Below are positions 61,924-64,000 of a stretch of DNA of 64,000 bases, in pieces (within the stretch, counting starts at the first letter, position 1; every line of letters begins with the position of its first letter). The stretch is from assembly GCA_013265495.1 (NCBI GenBank), contig MU057880.1:774527-838526 (forward strand), read 5' to 3'. Under the pieces are notes generated by a model. The model searched no databases. It worked only from the letters and a program-made list of their open reading frames with translations, and was not told the origin of the DNA. This DNA is from Vicugna vicugna. Taxonomy: Eukaryota. The position numbers and the translations under genes were made by a program.

Positions 61924-64000
61924 CTGTGGGGCAGAAAGTCCGAAAGCTGAGCTCAGCGAGGCCACCTGAACCTGCACTTTGAAACACAAGCCAAGTCACC
62001 TCAACCTTCAGGCCCTCCCAGCCACCCCCAGCAGGGGGAGACTGGCTTCTCTAAGACGGCTGTACAGCCAAGAAACGTCCTTTAAAAGGAACAAATCCAA
62101 AGGAATGGGGATGGCAGGCACAGCCAGGGCACCACTGCAAATGCAAACAGCCGCTGCTCCCCTGGTCCGTGCACACGGCAGGTCTCTGACGGCGGGGTGC
62201 ACCCAACTACGGTACTGCTCCCCGGCGACGGAAGCCACGCACGCTGTTCACCTACACACACTTCCCCTCCTGGCTACTTCTTCACTCTGTATTTTGAGGG
62301 GAAATTCAGGAGCTCCTCCTGCCCTCAACCCCCAAATACACACCACCACCCACCCTCCCCCAGCCCTGCCACTCCCCGGCTGTGAAGGCGCAAGCTCTAG
62401 CCCCGAGCAGATTTTCTGCCTGGATTACTCATTTGCCTCCCAGCCTCTCTGCTTCCTCCTGTACGTGGTCCCCGAGCTGCACCAGGTCTCGCAGTAAGCG
62501 TGAGCCGCACGCCAGCCCGACCAGTCCCCATCCGGACAGGCAAAGAGCATCTTTCAAACCCCAGCTGCTGGGCGGGGGCTGCTGGTTTAGAAGAACAGAA
62601 GGAGGAGATGGAATTTTTCTCCTTTTACTGCCCCAGGGCTCAGGGACCAAGACACCAAAACGTTACTCGGTCCAGTGGAGGAGGGAACGTTACAATGGCC
62701 GGTCAACATTTTCAGAAGTGAGTCATGCACGGGGCAGAGGACACGGATTTCAGTAAACGCAGTATACTACACTCATGGGTAGCACTTGGAAGGCAGTTTC
62801 TCCACACAAACCATCATATTCCTATTTATACTCTACAGGCAGATGGAAATAAGCCAAGTCCCTTGGCCTGAGTTCCAGAATCCTGCCAGAGTGACTTGGT
62901 GGCAAGTCAGGTGTCTACGGTGTGCCGGGCACCGTGTGTGCACCTGGGGTCCCCCATGGAGCTGCACGGCCACCAGGCTGGAGTCCCACACAGCTAGGAT
63001 GCCAACGGCTCCGGTGCCACGAGCATCTCTGACATGCTCTTCCTCTGATCTGGTCCGATGCACAGAACACATGCCTGCTAGATCTTATTCATCTTTGATC
63101 CTTGTACCCAGGACAGCGCCGGGGACACAGTAGACAATTAGTAAACGTTTGCAGATGGATGGCGCTTCTGCACTGGTGTCACCAGATGAGGCTGGCCCCA
63201 GCAGGCGACCAGGTCTCAGCCTTGAGGCTGGACTCAAACCTCCAAAATCAAATCCCTGTTCCAAATAGCAGTGGGCAGGTAGCGTTACTGAGAATTCTGA
63301 AGGGGGAGAGAAGAGAATTTTCTCTCAAAGTCACACAAAATTACTTAATAAAAAACCCTAATTAGACACTTCTGCCTGCCCCCAGGTTCCCAAAGCCCCC
63401 TGTAAGACGCAGGACATTCTTGTCCCTTATTCCCACACCTTCAAGGTTCCCTGTCTCTCTCCCGGTGTCAGGCTGAGCAAATCACCTCCTTGGCAGGTGG
63501 ATGACAGGGTTGAGGGCCAGCACTTGTACTAGAAACATTTCTTCCCTATCAGAGAAGCAGGCGGAGATGACCCCGAGGTCCAGTGTGTGCTGGGCGGCGT
63601 GCTGCTGCGTCCCTGGGTTCAGTGAAGTGAGGAAGAGCCCGGACTCCTGCTCAGACCCCAGCGCTGCCACAAGGGCGGCTCGCCTAACCTGTCAGCGTTC
63701 TCGTCTGTGAGACGGGGGCAGGAAAGGACCGCGCCTCAGTGTGTTTCGGGAGGGGTGCAGTCTGTAGTTGGTTAGGGATTGTTTAGTGGATTAAAAAAAA
63801 AAGCAGCAGAAAAGAAAATAAGAGTAGATTGTAGCATTAATATAAAGGGAGGACACTTTTGTTTGTTATGTATAAAGACGCTTGTTACTGGATCATGATG
63901 TGAAATGCATTCACGTGGGCTGCAGACAAAAGAAAAGTCTGCAAGCCACTGACCTATCTCAGAAGGTTCCTGTGAGGATTAAACACATCAATTCACGTCA

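Overview
Mammalian genomic DNA, most likely a camelid (alpaca/llama/camel), judged from six tRNA-derived SINE copies resembling the Tylopoda Vic-1 family. No prokaryotic features, CRISPR arrays or RNA genes were seen. The window holds two convergent, 3'-overlapping protein-coding genes. (1) The 3' part of FNIP2 (folliculin-interacting protein 2) lies on the minus strand as ten GT-AG exons (exons 8-17 by analogy to the human model, 61923 down to the stop at 29717). These splice in frame into 2480 coding nt and are followed by a ~3.4 kb 3'UTR ending near 26340. (2) The last two coding exons of SPMIP2/C4orf45 lie on the plus strand (22327-22516 and 32716-32799). The SPMIP2 terminal exon sits inside FNIP2 intron 15, while FNIP2 exons 16-17 and its 3'UTR sit inside the SPMIP2 last intron. 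The rest is intronic, with LINE-1 fragments, SINEs, a solo ERV1-type LTR with a 4-bp TSD, older LTR and hAT fossils, and simple repeats. Almost all entries in the supplied ORF track are chance ORFs. I found no evidence of a new biological system. The most interesting observations are regulatory or evolutionary: the interleaved antisense gene pair, an identical 15-mer fusing a miR-25/92 site with AATAAA at both candidate FNIP2 poly(A) signals, candidate poison-exon and alternative-donor events, and strong GC/CpG enrichment that appears to have shifted the FNIP2 protein sequence. Gene identities, human comparisons and repeat subfamily names are from memory, not from searches.
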